From assembly GCA_937903605.1 (NCBI GenBank), contig CALCZC010000007.1, positions 189,805-253,804 on the forward strand: a stretch of 64,000 nucleotides of DNA, written 5' to 3'. Of the stretch, positions 27,087 through 36,581 are shown piece by piece (the stretch's first letter is position 1; every line of letters starts with the position of its first letter). Both the position numbers and the translations under genes were made by a program. The notes beneath the pieces are model-generated. The model was not told where the DNA came from. It did no database searches and worked only from the letters and a program-made list of their open reading frames with translations. This DNA comes from an uncultured bacterium (GTDB lineage: Bacteria > Patescibacteriota > Patescibacteriia > Magasanikbacterales > GWA2-37-8).

Positions 27087-27554
27087 ATGAAAATAAACAT
27101 CATCGTTGTCGGAAAATTCAAAGAAACTTATTGGTCACAAGCGGAAAAAGAATATCTCAAACGCTTGTCCGCCTGGTTTAAGGTAAATATCATTGAACTC
27201 AAAGAAGAAAGTTTTACTGAAAAAGACGACCACGAAAATATCAAAGCCAAAGAAGCCGATAAAATCCTGGCCAAAATCCCGGCTAATTCTTTTGTCATAG
27301 CGCTTGATGAAAACGGTGTAGAATTTGAAAGCGAAAAGTTTGCAGACAAATTGCAATCTTGGTTAGAACTTGGAGATGAACTTACTTTTGTTCTCGGCGG
27401 ACCGCTTGGATTGTATGAAACTGTACTGCAAAAAGCTAAATTCAAATTGTCTTTATCACAAATGACATTTCCTCACCAAATGGCACGGGTTTTTCTGTTG
27501 GAACAGCTTTATAGAGCGCAAATGATAAACCAAAATAGAAAATACCATTACTAA
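27087..27554 (+). CDS. rlmH: 23S rRNA (pseudouridine1915-N3)-methyltransferase
   Basis: VGK.KE..EY.KRL, FVLGGPLGL, LSLSQMTFPHQMARVFLLEQLYRA..YH. Confidence 0.95.
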   Translation: MKINIIVVGKFKETYWSQAEKEYLKRLSAWFKVNIIELKEESFTEKDDHENIKAKEADKILAKIPANSFVIALDENGVEFESEKFADKLQSWLELGDELTFVLGGPLGLYETVLQKAKFKLSLSQMTFPHQMARVFLLEQLYRAQMINQNRKYHY

Positions 27555-27636
27555 ACGACCACCTGGTCGTTTTTCTTTTTAACTTTACAAACTCCGTCTT
27601 TTCCTCTAAAATACCCCTATATTAACTATAATTTTT

Positions 27637-28620
27637 ATGTCCAAAAAACGCACTTTTTCAGGAGTTAAACCCAGCAACGAAATACATCTGGGCAATTATT
27701 TTGGCGCGATAAAAAACTGGGTGGAAATGCAAGACGAATATGAATGTATTTTTTCCATCGTGGATTTTCATGCTCTGACGGTTTATCAAAAACCGGAAGA
27801 CATACAAAAAAACATCTTCAATATCGCCAAGACCTATCTGGCTTTAGGTATTGATCCGAAAAAATCCCTCATTTTCCAACAATCCGATGTCAAAGAACAT
27901 ACTGAACTTTGCTGGATACTCAATACCATTGCCAAAGTTGGAGAAATGGAACGCATGACCCAATACAAAGACAAAGCCAAAGAACATCCGGAAAATATTA
28001 ATGTCGGTTTGTTTGATTACCCGGTCCTTATGGCCGCGGATATTTTTCTTTATGACACACAAGCCGTTCCGGTCGGCGATGATCAAAAACAACATGTGGA
28101 ACTGGCCCGCGATTTGGCCATCCGTTTTAATTCACTCTACGGTGAAACTTTTGTGATTCCCGAACCGGTCATCAAAAAAGAAGGTCGCCGCATCATGGGT
28201 TTGGACAATCCTCTCAAAAAAATGAGCAAAACCGCTTCTTCGACATTAAATTACATTTCTTTGGTTGACGATCCGGAAGTTGCCAAGAAAAAAATTATAA
28301 AAGCGGTCACGGATTCCGGAAATGAAATCAAATATGCGGAAGACAAGCCCGCGCTTTGCAATTTGCTCACCATTTATTCTTTGCTCACCGGCGAACTCAT
28401 CAAAAATATTGAAGAAAAATACACTGGCAAAGGTTACGGAGATTTCAAAAAGGATCTGGCTGATATTGTTGCCGACTTCTTGGTTGATTTCCAGAAAAAG
28501 TTTAATAAAATATCTGATAAAGAAGTAAAAAAAATATTAGAAGACGGCGCAGACAAAGCGCGAAAAATCGCAGCCAAGAAAATGGAAGAAGTAAAACAAA
28601 AAATCGGGATAAAAATATAA
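27637..28620 (+). CDS. trpS: Tryptophanyl-tRNA synthetase
   Basis: HLGNY, YPVLMAADI, PVGDDQKQH, KMSK. Confidence 0.96.
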   Translation: MSKKRTFSGVKPSNEIHLGNYFGAIKNWVEMQDEYECIFSIVDFHALTVYQKPEDIQKNIFNIAKTYLALGIDPKKSLIFQQSDVKEHTELCWILNTIAKVGEMERMTQYKDKAKEHPENINVGLFDYPVLMAADIFLYDTQAVPVGDDQKQHVELARDLAIRFNSLYGETFVIPEPVIKKEGRRIMGLDNPLKKMSKTASSTLNYISLVDDPEVAKKKIIKAVTDSGNEIKYAEDKPALCNLLTIYSLLTGELIKNIEEKYTGKGYGDFKKDLADIVADFLVDFQKKFNKISDKEVKKILEDGADKARKIAAKKMEEVKQKIGIKI

Positions 28621-28624
28621 GCAT

Positions 28625-28794
28625 TCCCCTCCTCTTCCTCAAGAGGAGGGTTAGGGTGGAGTCTTAGTCCCCTCCTTTTATCTAAGAGGAGGGTTAGGGT
28701 GGAGTCTTAGTCCCCTCCTTTTATTTAAGAGGAGGGCTAGGGTGGAGTGGTCAAAAAGACTCTCCCTTAATCCCTCTCTTAAAAAAGAGAGGGA
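28625..28794. repeat. Three tandem 43-bp REP-like units plus one inverted unit
   Basis: tcccctcc..ggagggttagggtggagt starting at 28625, 28668 and 28711. Confidence 0.85.
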
Positions 28795-28822
28795 AATCCA
28801 GAAAGTCTTTTGTAAATTTAAA

Positions 28823-29389
28823 ATGCCTAAAAAACTTCTCACAATTCTTATTCTTTTTCTCTTGGCGGTGTTTTTATCCGTCTTTATTGTATTTACCGCT
28901 TCCAAAAAACCGACACCCGCACCCAAACCATTAATCACCAATCTTCTCACTATGCAACTACTCTCTCCTGATTTCAAAAACAACGAAATCATTCCTGGTA
29001 AATTCACTTGTGACGGGCTCAATATTAACCCGGAATTGAAAATTTACGGCATTCCGGACAACGCTTTATCTCTGGCTATTATTTTAAACGACCCCGATTC
29101 TGTTGGTGGTGATTGGTCGCATTGGGTAATGTGGAATATAGACCCTAAAACTGAACTTATTGCAGAAAATTCCGTGCCTGCAGGCGCATTTGTCGGCAAA
29201 ACCGACTTTGACAATAACAAATATGGCGGTCCCTGTCCCCCGTCCGGCTCGCATCGTTATGTTTTCCATCTTTACGCCCTAGATACCAATTTAGATATTC
29301 CACAAAATTCTAACAAAGCGGATTTGCTTAAAGCGATAGAGGGGCATTTGATAGCAGAGACGGAATTGGTTGGAGTTTATAGCAAATAA
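28823..29389 (+). CDS. YbhB/YbcL (PEBP/Raf kinase inhibitor-like) protein with N-terminal anchor
   Basis: TCDG.NINP, DPD..WSHWVMWNI, YGGPCPPSGSHRYVFHLYALD. Confidence 0.92.
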   Translation: MPKKLLTILILFLLAVFLSVFIVFTASKKPTPAPKPLITNLLTMQLLSPDFKNNEIIPGKFTCDGLNINPELKIYGIPDNALSLAIILNDPDSVGGDWSHWVMWNIDPKTELIAENSVPAGAFVGKTDFDNNKYGGPCPPSGSHRYVFHLYALDTNLDIPQNSNKADLLKAIEGHLIAETELVGVYSK

Positions 29390-29419
29390 AAATAATTTAT
29401 TCTTAATTAATCTTCTTTT

Positions 29420-29695
29420 ATGTTCAAGCCAACAAAAAATAAAATCTTACTTTCATTACTCGTCTCCATCGTCATCTTGATAATATATATAATATATTTT
29501 AAATTTTTTTACATTTCCAGCGAACCTTGCCATCTTGTGCTTTGCGCAAAAATAGAGGAATATAAAATATTTTCAATAAGACCAACCTGTTGTGGATATA
29601 CAATGAAAAAATTATTAACTGAAATAATTTCAGTTATTTTATCATCTTTTTTGGTTAGCTATCTGGCTATATCAATTATTAATAGAAAAAAATAA
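29420..29695 (+). CDS. Small hypothetical membrane protein
   Basis: Two TM segments with a Cys-rich loop. Confidence 0.6.
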   Translation: MFKPTKNKILLSLLVSIVILIIYIIYFKFFYISSEPCHLVLCAKIEEYKIFSIRPTCCGYTMKKLLTEIISVILSSFLVSYLAISIINRKK

Positions 29696-29812
29696 TTTAA
29701 ACTTGAATCCAAAAGGCGCCTAACCGGCGTCTTTTTTAATTTACAAACTATATTTATTTTTATCGTGTTTTAAGATATAATTAAAGCACTTATTTTTATA
29801 AAATATTTCTTT

Positions 29813-30910
29813 GTGTTTTTTGCAACCAGAAAACTAAACGACCTCTATCTCAGCGTGGCGATAAAATCTTTCGCGCTTTCCATGCTTGGTATCTTCATAC
29901 CTATTTTTTTGATCAAACAAGGTTACACCCTATCAAATGTTTTGATTTTTTATGCTGTACTAAACGCCACCCACGCCCTATTTGTAATCCCGGCGACAAA
30001 AATTTGTTCTGCATACGGTTTTCGTTACTGCATTTCTTTGAGTTTCCCGCTACTTTTGGTTTTTTATGCCGGACTTTATACGTTAAATATTTATCACTGG
30101 CCTTTATTTCTCTTGGGTTTTGTTTCTGGTCTCAGTAATGCTTTTTATTGGATCGGATATCATCTTGATTTTTCAGTCTTTGGCGACCACCATCATCGTG
30201 GCAGAGAAGTCGGAACAGTAAAAATAATAACTTTGATTTTCCAAGCTCTAGGCCCACTTACCGGAGGTTTGATTTTGGCTTTCATCGGTTTTGGAGCTCT
30301 TTTTATCAGCGCCGCAATTTTACTCCTTTGTTCTTCTTTGCCGCTTTTTTTCCTCAAAAAAAATCATTCACCCATTATTTTTTCCGCCAAAAAATTTTTT
30401 AAAGGACAAAAGATAAAAGACGTTTTAACTTTTGCCGGCTATGGTATAGAAAGCGGGATCGCCACAGTTATTTGGCCGATATTTATCTTTTTTGCAGTTT
30501 TAAATAACTTTTGGGAACTGGGGCTTATCTCTTCTTTATCTTTATTTTTCTCTTTGATCTTTATTTTTATTGTTGGAAAACTTTTTGATGTTTGTGGAAA
30601 AATAATTTTGAAACTCGGATCTGTTCTAAACGCCATGGTTTGGGTTTTTCGTTTTTTTGTCAGTACCAAATTTCAAGTTTACTTAGCTGATTCTCTCTAT
30701 GGTATCACGCAAACACTTGTCCATATCCCCTTTGATGCGATGAGTTATGAAAAAGCCAACAAAACCGACATTATCAATCTTATCACTCTTCGAGAAATCA
30801 CTATTCAAACAGCCCGGGTTGTATTGTTTATACTTTTAATCTTTATTTCCGACTTCACTTTTAGTTTCCTCTTTGGCGGTGGTGCATCTCTGCTTTTTTT
30901 ATTATTTTGA
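29813..30910 (+). CDS. MFS-type transporter
   Basis: About 12 hydrophobic segments; G.SNAFYW..YH, GPLTGG. Confidence 0.8.
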   Translation: MFFATRKLNDLYLSVAIKSFALSMLGIFIPIFLIKQGYTLSNVLIFYAVLNATHALFVIPATKICSAYGFRYCISLSFPLLLVFYAGLYTLNIYHWPLFLLGFVSGLSNAFYWIGYHLDFSVFGDHHHRGREVGTVKIITLIFQALGPLTGGLILAFIGFGALFISAAILLLCSSLPLFFLKKNHSPIIFSAKKFFKGQKIKDVLTFAGYGIESGIATVIWPIFIFFAVLNNFWELGLISSLSLFFSLIFIFIVGKLFDVCGKIILKLGSVLNAMVWVFRFFVSTKFQVYLADSLYGITQTLVHIPFDAMSYEKANKTDIINLITLREITIQTARVVLFILLIFISDFTFSFLFGGGASLLFLLF

Positions 30911-30922
30911 TAAATAAACAAT

Positions 30923-31444
30923 ATGTCCAAATCTCAAATTGAAACAGATAAAACAATTTTGGACTTTCTTGGAAATACAAAAATTTTTACTCCAGAAGAT
31001 TTGGTTATTTTGCGCAACAAAATTTTTTCCCATTTGGAATTTCGTCCGTACAATGACGAAACAAAAACACACGCCGACAGTATTCAATGGAAAAGAACGG
31101 CGTCAGAAATAATCAGGGACGGCTATGTTTATCAAGGCAAGGCTTGTTCGGATTTAACAATAGTATTTTTGGCTTTATGCAAAGCCGCCGGCATTGAAGG
31201 GCTTTTGGTTAAACTGAAAAGTTTGGATGATAAGAAAACCCACTCCATAGCCGAGATTAATTTAAACGGCGCTTGGTATAGAATAGATGTTTCAAGCAAA
31301 GATTCCCTTCCTTTCGCGGGACAACTTACAGACGAGTCTATTTGGAATAAAAATTATAAAGTTTGGAAAAAAGGACGTGATATTTGGGACCTGGAACTTG
31401 ATGATATAAACACGGAAAATAAAATTTTTAAAAAAGACGCCTAA
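30923..31444 (+). CDS. Transglutaminase-like protein
   Basis: ACSDLTIVFLALCKAAGI..HSIAE..W.RID (Cys-His-Asp). Confidence 0.8.
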   Translation: MSKSQIETDKTILDFLGNTKIFTPEDLVILRNKIFSHLEFRPYNDETKTHADSIQWKRTASEIIRDGYVYQGKACSDLTIVFLALCKAAGIEGLLVKLKSLDDKKTHSIAEINLNGAWYRIDVSSKDSLPFAGQLTDESIWNKNYKVWKKGRDIWDLELDDINTENKIFKKDA

Positions 31445-31508
31445 CCAGCGTCTTTTTTAAAAATAAAAAAACCACCCATTAAGCGGGGTGGCGCGCTGTG
31501 AACAATTT

Positions 31509-31805
31509 TTAGTCTGTTCTTATTGTGGCGCCTTTGAAAGGCCATCCCGTACAGACATATACCTCGACGAGGATGCCGGCTGGATTTACAGCCTTAACTG
31601 TAAATTTTGCCGCATCTTTTTCATCACATCCGCGCAAGCCTACCATAAAAAAGCTTTTGTCAATAATGCGGACCTTGCTGTATCCCTGCTTTTTCAAGGA
31701 TTCTCTTGCAGCATTTTCATCTGCAAAAACTCCGCGGCAAGCAATGATAAGCATCAAAATAATTGAAACGGTAAAAACAAAAATACTATTCTTTGTTGAA
31801 TCCAT
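31509..31805 (-). CDS. Small hypothetical protein resembling phage-type membrane ORFs
   Basis: N-terminal TM, GY..GC..D..F.V.A.NP.G..V.VC.G..FKG.TIR; SD GGAG. Confidence 0.7.
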   Translation of the reverse strand: MDSTKNSIFVFTVSIILMLIIACRGVFADENAARESLKKQGYSKVRIIDKSFFMVGLRGCDEKDAAKFTVKAVNPAGILVEVYVCTGWPFKGATIRTD

Positions 31806-31853
31806 TTTATTCTCCGGTCGTATATGGCCCGACTCCGGCGCTTAATTAAACTA

Positions 31854-31911
31854 AATGTAAGGAACAAATATTTTAACAACGCATTGTAGCACATTTTAAC
31901 ACTTTTGTCAA
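31854..31911 (-). promoter_or_regulatory. sigma70 promoter plus boxA-like motif
   Basis: TTGACA-N17-TACAAT, then GTTCCTTACATT; TTGACAAAAGTGTTAAA identical to 25615-25631. Confidence 0.65.
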
Positions 31912-32096
31912 TAGTTTAGCTTGGCTAATTTTAGCCAAAATTAAATATAAATAATGCCTTTCGCCCCCGTTTTTTAATATTCAATATTCAGTATTCAATA
32001 TTAAATTATTGACAAACACTCCATTCTTTGCTAATATTTCCTCAAATTCAACCCTGTAAAATCCGCTATCGCGGACCACGGGGCAAGCTAATAAAC

Positions 32097-32135
32097 GGTG
32101 GGATCTGCGGGCCACTCCCGTGGAGCTTGTACCAC
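32097..32135 (+). promoter_or_regulatory. Probable L1-binding autoregulatory leader
   Basis: GTGG-GA..stem..GCTTGTA-CCAC just upstream of rplA; promoter TTGACA-N17-TAATAT at about 32009-32037. Confidence 0.6.
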
Positions 32136-32148
32136 TAAACATATTTTT

Positions 32149-32823
32149 ATGGGAAAAAGAATTGACGCTCTTCGCGCCAAAGTAGACCAAAACAAAGTCT
32201 ATTCCGTAGAAGAAGCTATCAAACTCGTTAAAGAAACTTCTAGTGTGAAGTTTGACGCTAGTGTGGAAATCCACGCTCAACTTGGTATTGACCCAAAAAA
32301 AGGTGAACAACAAATTCGTTCTACCGTCGTCCTACCTCACGGTACTGGCAAAAGCAAAAAAGTAGCGGCTTTCGTTTCTGCTGAAAAGGAAAAAGAAGCC
32401 AAAGAAGCCGGAGCTGATTTCATCTATGGTGAAGAAGATATCAAAAAAATCAAAGACACCGGTAAAATAGAATTTGATGTGGCTGTCACCACTCCGGATA
32501 TGATGCCAAAAATGGCTGTGGCCGCGAAAGTATTGGGTCCAAAAGGCTTGATGCCAAATCCGAAAACCGAAACTGTCGGTCCGAATATCAAAAAAATGGT
32601 TGAGGAATTGAAAAAAGGTAAAATCACTTTCAAAAACGATGATGGCGCCAATGTCCATCAAATCATCGGCAAAGTCAGTTTCGATGAAGCTAAATTAAAA
32701 GAAAATTTTGAAGCCTTTTTGGATGCTCTCAAAAAAGTGAAACCAAATTCCGCCAAAGGAACTTATATCAAGAACTTGACTGTCAATGCGACCATGGGTC
32801 CGGCGATAAAGGTACAGGCTTAA
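32149..32823 (+). CDS. rplA: 50S ribosomal protein uL1
   Basis: KFDASVE, LGIDPKK, VVLPHGTGK, LGPKGLMPNPK, TMGP. Confidence 0.97.
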   Translation: MGKRIDALRAKVDQNKVYSVEEAIKLVKETSSVKFDASVEIHAQLGIDPKKGEQQIRSTVVLPHGTGKSKKVAAFVSAEKEKEAKEAGADFIYGEEDIKKIKDTGKIEFDVAVTTPDMMPKMAVAAKVLGPKGLMPNPKTETVGPNIKKMVEELKKGKITFKNDDGANVHQIIGKVSFDEAKLKENFEAFLDALKKVKPNSAKGTYIKNLTVNATMGPAIKVQA

Positions 32824-32865
32824 TACAAATTAAATAAAAAATCCGCTGTAAGGCGGATTTTTTAT

Positions 32866-32960
32866 TTAATTTAATTTTCAATTTTTAATTTAAAATTTTT
32901 AATTAATTTTCAATTTTTTACACAATCTTGCAATCTTTAAATCTTTAAATCTTGCAATTT
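32866..32960. repeat. AT-rich 7-8-mer arrays (aattttc/aattttt; aatctt(g/t)(c/a))
   Basis: Same families at 33496-33588, 36530-36575, 48627-48665, 49866-49920, 51402-51440, 54666-54750, 61820-61856. Confidence 0.7.
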
Positions 32961-33034
32961 TACAGACTTGCCAATACCCCCAAAATTTGATAAATTTGAT
33001 ATGCTAAAAAACTCTAATTTTTAAACTATTTTTT

Positions 33035-33493
33035 ATGCAAAAACCTCGCGAAAACGCTATTTCTTGGGACGAATGTTTCATGCGTATGGCCAATGTGATA
33101 GCAGAGCGTAGCAAAGACCCTAGTACTCAAGCCGGAGCAGTTGTCGTGACCGCCGATAACGTGGTAGTGGGCCTTGGATATAACGGTTTTCCTCGTGGAA
33201 TAGACAGCAACGATTTACCATGGGACAGAGAAGGAGAATTACAAAATACTAAATACGCTTATGTCTGTCATGCTGAAGAAAACGCTATTTATAATGCCAA
33301 CGGTCCGGTTCGTGATTGTAAAATTTATTGTACACTTTTTCCTTGTAATGAATGTGCTAAAACCATTATCCAAAACGGTATACGCGAAGTAATTTTTGAA
33401 AGCGATAAATACCACGACACCCCAGCTTGTATCGCCTCTCGCAAAATGTTTGATTTAGCCGGTGTAACTTATAGAGAATACAAAAATCGATAA
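33035..33493 (+). CDS. dCMP deaminase (ComEB family)
   Basis: SWDECFM..RSKDP, GYNG, HAEENAI, PCNEC. Confidence 0.93.
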   Translation: MQKPRENAISWDECFMRMANVIAERSKDPSTQAGAVVVTADNVVVGLGYNGFPRGIDSNDLPWDREGELQNTKYAYVCHAEENAIYNANGPVRDCKIYCTLFPCNECAKTIIQNGIREVIFESDKYHDTPACIASRKMFDLAGVTYREYKNR

Positions 33494-33591
33494 ACGATTT
33501 AAATAATTTAAAGATTCAAAGATTTAAAGATTGTAAAAACCGTACAAAATCTTTTAATCTTTCAATCTTACAATCTTTCAATCTCAAACTT

Positions 33592-34143
33592 ATGTCAAAA
33601 ATTATCCTCGGTTTTGTCGGTGAAATTTCTTGTGGAAAATCCACGGCTACACAATATCTCAAAAACAAGTATGGTGCTGTGACTTTCAAATTCTCTGATT
33701 GTTTACGCGATGTCGCCTCTCGCATGCATATCGAAAAAACACGTGAAAATCTTCAGCTCATTTCCACTGTTTTACGCCAAAATTTTGGCGATGATTTATT
33801 GTCAAAAATTTTAGCTGAAGATGTTCGCAACGCAGATGCGGAAATTATTATTACCGAAGGTGTTCGCAGATTAAGCGACATCACTTATCTCAAAGATGTT
33901 CCGGGATTCAAACTCATAGCCATCAAAACCGATGAACGTATCCGTTTTGAGAGATTAACCCAAAGAAGCGAAAATATTGACGATAAAAATAGAACTTGGG
34001 AAGAATTTCAAAAAGATGGCCAAAGAGAAACCGAATTACGTATCAAAGAAACAATGGATCAAGCCGATTTTACTCTGGATAACAACGGCTCTGCCGAAGA
34101 GTTACACGCGCAAATAGATGCTTTAATGACCCAACTACAATAA
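33592..34143 (+). CDS. P-loop nucleoside monophosphate/dephospho-CoA kinase-like protein
   Basis: GFVGEISCGKST Walker A, EGVRR, ADFTLDNNGS. Confidence 0.8.
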   Translation: MSKIILGFVGEISCGKSTATQYLKNKYGAVTFKFSDCLRDVASRMHIEKTRENLQLISTVLRQNFGDDLLSKILAEDVRNADAEIIITEGVRRLSDITYLKDVPGFKLIAIKTDERIRFERLTQRSENIDDKNRTWEEFQKDGQRETELRIKETMDQADFTLDNNGSAEELHAQIDALMTQLQ

Positions 34144-34145
34144 TT

Positions 34146-34679
34146 ATGCAAAATATTGAAGTGGAAATTCGTAGTTTTCTTACCGAAGAACAATATAATC
34201 ATTTTTTGGAATATTTCAAACAAAATTCTATATTTGTAAACGAAGATTATCAAGAAACTTATTATTTTGACGGCCCGCAAGATTTACGTATCCAAAAAAA
34301 TAATTTCTACGCCAAAATTTGGTTAAAAAGCGGAAAAATCCATGATGAACAGCGTGAAGAAACGGAAATAAAATTTGATAAAGAAGATTTTGGCCAAGCG
34401 GAAAAACTTTTTTTGAACTTGGGTTATAAAACTCAGATAAAATGGTTTCGCACGCGCAATGTTTTCAAATGGCAAGATATCACCGTGACCATCGACTATT
34501 CCAAAGGCTACGGCTATATCATTGAATTTGAAAAAATGTCGGATGAAGAAAATAAAAACAAAGATTTGGAGTATCTCAAAAACAAAATGGCTGAATTGCA
34601 AATAACCCAAACCCCGAAAGAAGAATTTGATACAAAATATAATTATTATAAAGAACATTGGGAGGAATTAACTAAATAA
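34146..34679 (+). CDS. CYTH-domain (triphosphate tunnel) protein
   Basis: IEVEIR, DLRI, REETE, IIEFE motifs. Confidence 0.85.
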   Translation: MQNIEVEIRSFLTEEQYNHFLEYFKQNSIFVNEDYQETYYFDGPQDLRIQKNNFYAKIWLKSGKIHDEQREETEIKFDKEDFGQAEKLFLNLGYKTQIKWFRTRNVFKWQDITVTIDYSKGYGYIIEFEKMSDEENKNKDLEYLKNKMAELQITQTPKEEFDTKYNYYKEHWEELTK

Positions 34680-34681
34680 TT

Positions 34682-35113
34682 ATGCAAATTAAAATAAAAC
34701 GGATAGATAAAGAACTTTCGCTTCCGGCTTACCAAACAGAAGGTTCAGCTGGTTTTGATATTTATGCGCGGGAAAATACTGTTATTGCACCAAAAACTAT
34801 TTCACTAGTACCAAGTAATTTAATTATTGCTACTCCACCTGGGTTTATGCTCGTTGTGGCTTCGCGCTCCAGCACGCCTAAACGCAAAGGATTAATGATT
34901 GCCAACGGAATCGGTATCGTGGATAGCGATTACAGCGGGCCGGAAGATGAAATAAAAATTTTAGTTTACAATTTTACCGAAAATGAAGTTATGGTAGAAA
35001 AAGGCGAACGTATCGCTCAAGGACTTTTTGTTAAAGTAGAACAAGGACAGTGGGAAGAAACTGATATTATGGAAAACCCTACTCGCGGAGGTTTTGGTTC
35101 AACGGGAAAATAA
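34682..35113 (+). CDS. dut: dUTPase
   Basis: GSAGFD, RSS, GIVDSDYSG, RIAQ, RGGFGSTG. Confidence 0.96.
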   Translation: MQIKIKRIDKELSLPAYQTEGSAGFDIYARENTVIAPKTISLVPSNLIIATPPGFMLVVASRSSTPKRKGLMIANGIGIVDSDYSGPEDEIKILVYNFTENEVMVEKGERIAQGLFVKVEQGQWEETDIMENPTRGGFGSTGK

Positions 35114-35141
35114 ACTTCATTTAATTAATTTTTATAAAAAT

Positions 35142-36014
35142 ATGCGTACTTATCTCGATATTGTCCAAAAAATTATTGATACTGGTGAACGCAAAGAAAA
35201 TCGAACTGGTGTTGATACTATTGCTATTGCTGGGGCTATGTTTGAACACGATATGAGTAAAGGTTTTCCTCTTTTGACCACCAAAAAAACTCCTTTCAAG
35301 GTTATGGCCACAGAATTGGAATTTTTTATCAAAGGCATTACAAATAAAAATTGGCTAATAGAAAGAAACTGTCATATTTGGGATGAATGGGCTTCACCTT
35401 TAAAAGTTGCTTATGGCCATAATGAGGAGACCAAGAAAAAAATGATGGAAGAAAGGGATTTGGGTCCGATTTATGGCTTTCAGTGGCGTCATTTCAACGC
35501 TGATTATGAAAATTTTGATTCCGACTATTCTGGCAAAGGTATAGACCAGTTAAAAAAGCTGGTTGAAACTTTGAAAAAAAATCCTAACGATCGCCGCATG
35601 ATAGTGTCTGCTTGGAATCCAAGCAAATTACACGAAATGGCTCTTCCTCCTTGTCATTACAGCTTTCAAGTTACAGTTATAAACGGAAAATTAAATTTAC
35701 TTTGGAATCAAAGATCGGTAGATACTATGCTCGGACTTCCTTTCAATATCGCTTCTTATGCCTTGCTTTTACATTTACTTGCCAAAGAAGCCGGATTGCA
35801 AGAAGGTAAACTAGTTGGATTTTTGGCCGATACTCATATTTATGTTAATCATCTTGACGGAGCCAAAGAACAATTGTCACGCGATCCAAATATCTATCCT
35901 CTACCGCAAATTGTGACAGAAAATTTTACTTCTATTTTTGATTGGAAAGCGGAAAATACCAAATTGCAAAATTATCAAAGTTTTCCAAAAATTGAATTCC
36001 CTATCGCAGTATAA
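35142..36014 (+). CDS. thyA: Thymidylate synthase
   Basis: RTGVDT, FPLLTTK, LGPIYGFQWR, MALPPCH, QRSVD, GLPFN. Confidence 0.97.
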   Translation: MRTYLDIVQKIIDTGERKENRTGVDTIAIAGAMFEHDMSKGFPLLTTKKTPFKVMATELEFFIKGITNKNWLIERNCHIWDEWASPLKVAYGHNEETKKKMMEERDLGPIYGFQWRHFNADYENFDSDYSGKGIDQLKKLVETLKKNPNDRRMIVSAWNPSKLHEMALPPCHYSFQVTVINGKLNLLWNQRSVDTMLGLPFNIASYALLLHLLAKEAGLQEGKLVGFLADTHIYVNHLDGAKEQLSRDPNIYPLPQIVTENFTSIFDWKAENTKLQNYQSFPKIEFPIAV

Positions 36015-36015
36015 T

Positions 36016-36525
36016 ATGAAAACAACACTTTTGATGGCTATAACAGCCGACGGAAAAATCGCAAAAAATTCCACCCATTTTGCCAATTGGACTTCTGGTG
36101 CAGATAAAAAAATGTTCGTAGAAAAAACCAAATCTGCCGGTGTAATTATTATGGGCTTAACAACCTATCAGACTATTGGTCGCCCGCTTCCAGGTCGTCT
36201 AAATATTGTTTTAACCCCAGAGCCAGAAAAAGAAACTTCGATTCCAGGATCTTTGGAATACGCTTCGCAAACTCCAAAAGAAATCTTGGAGAATTTGGAA
36301 AAAAGAAATTTTTCTGAAGCTATTATCGGCGGTGGTTCAACTATAAATGGATTGTTTTTAAAAGAAAATTTAATTGATGAAATTTGGTTGACCGTAGAAC
36401 CAAAAATTTTTGGTGAAGGCCTCGATCTTTTTCGTGGAGTAGAGGTTGATTTGAATTTAGAATTGCTGAAAACCGTTCAGTTGGATAAAAATGTAATTCA
36501 ACTAAAATACAAAGTGCTAAAATAA
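36016..36525 (+). CDS. folA: Dihydrofolate reductase
   Basis: IMGLTTY..RPLPGRLNIVL, IGGG, LIDEI; follows thyA. Confidence 0.85.
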   Translation: MKTTLLMAITADGKIAKNSTHFANWTSGADKKMFVEKTKSAGVIIMGLTTYQTIGRPLPGRLNIVLTPEPEKETSIPGSLEYASQTPKEILENLEKRNFSEAIIGGGSTINGLFLKENLIDEIWLTVEPKIFGEGLDLFRGVEVDLNLELLKTVQLDKNVIQLKYKVLK

Positions 36526-36581
36526 ACACCAAATTGAAAATTCATTAAAAATTGTAAAATTAAAAATTAAAAATTCTACTT

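Noticed and set aside
28625-28755. Possible CRISPR array or telomere-like TTAGGG repeat
   Set aside because: Units are contiguous with no unique spacers and no cas genes are present; TTAGGG is only part of a REP-like tail.
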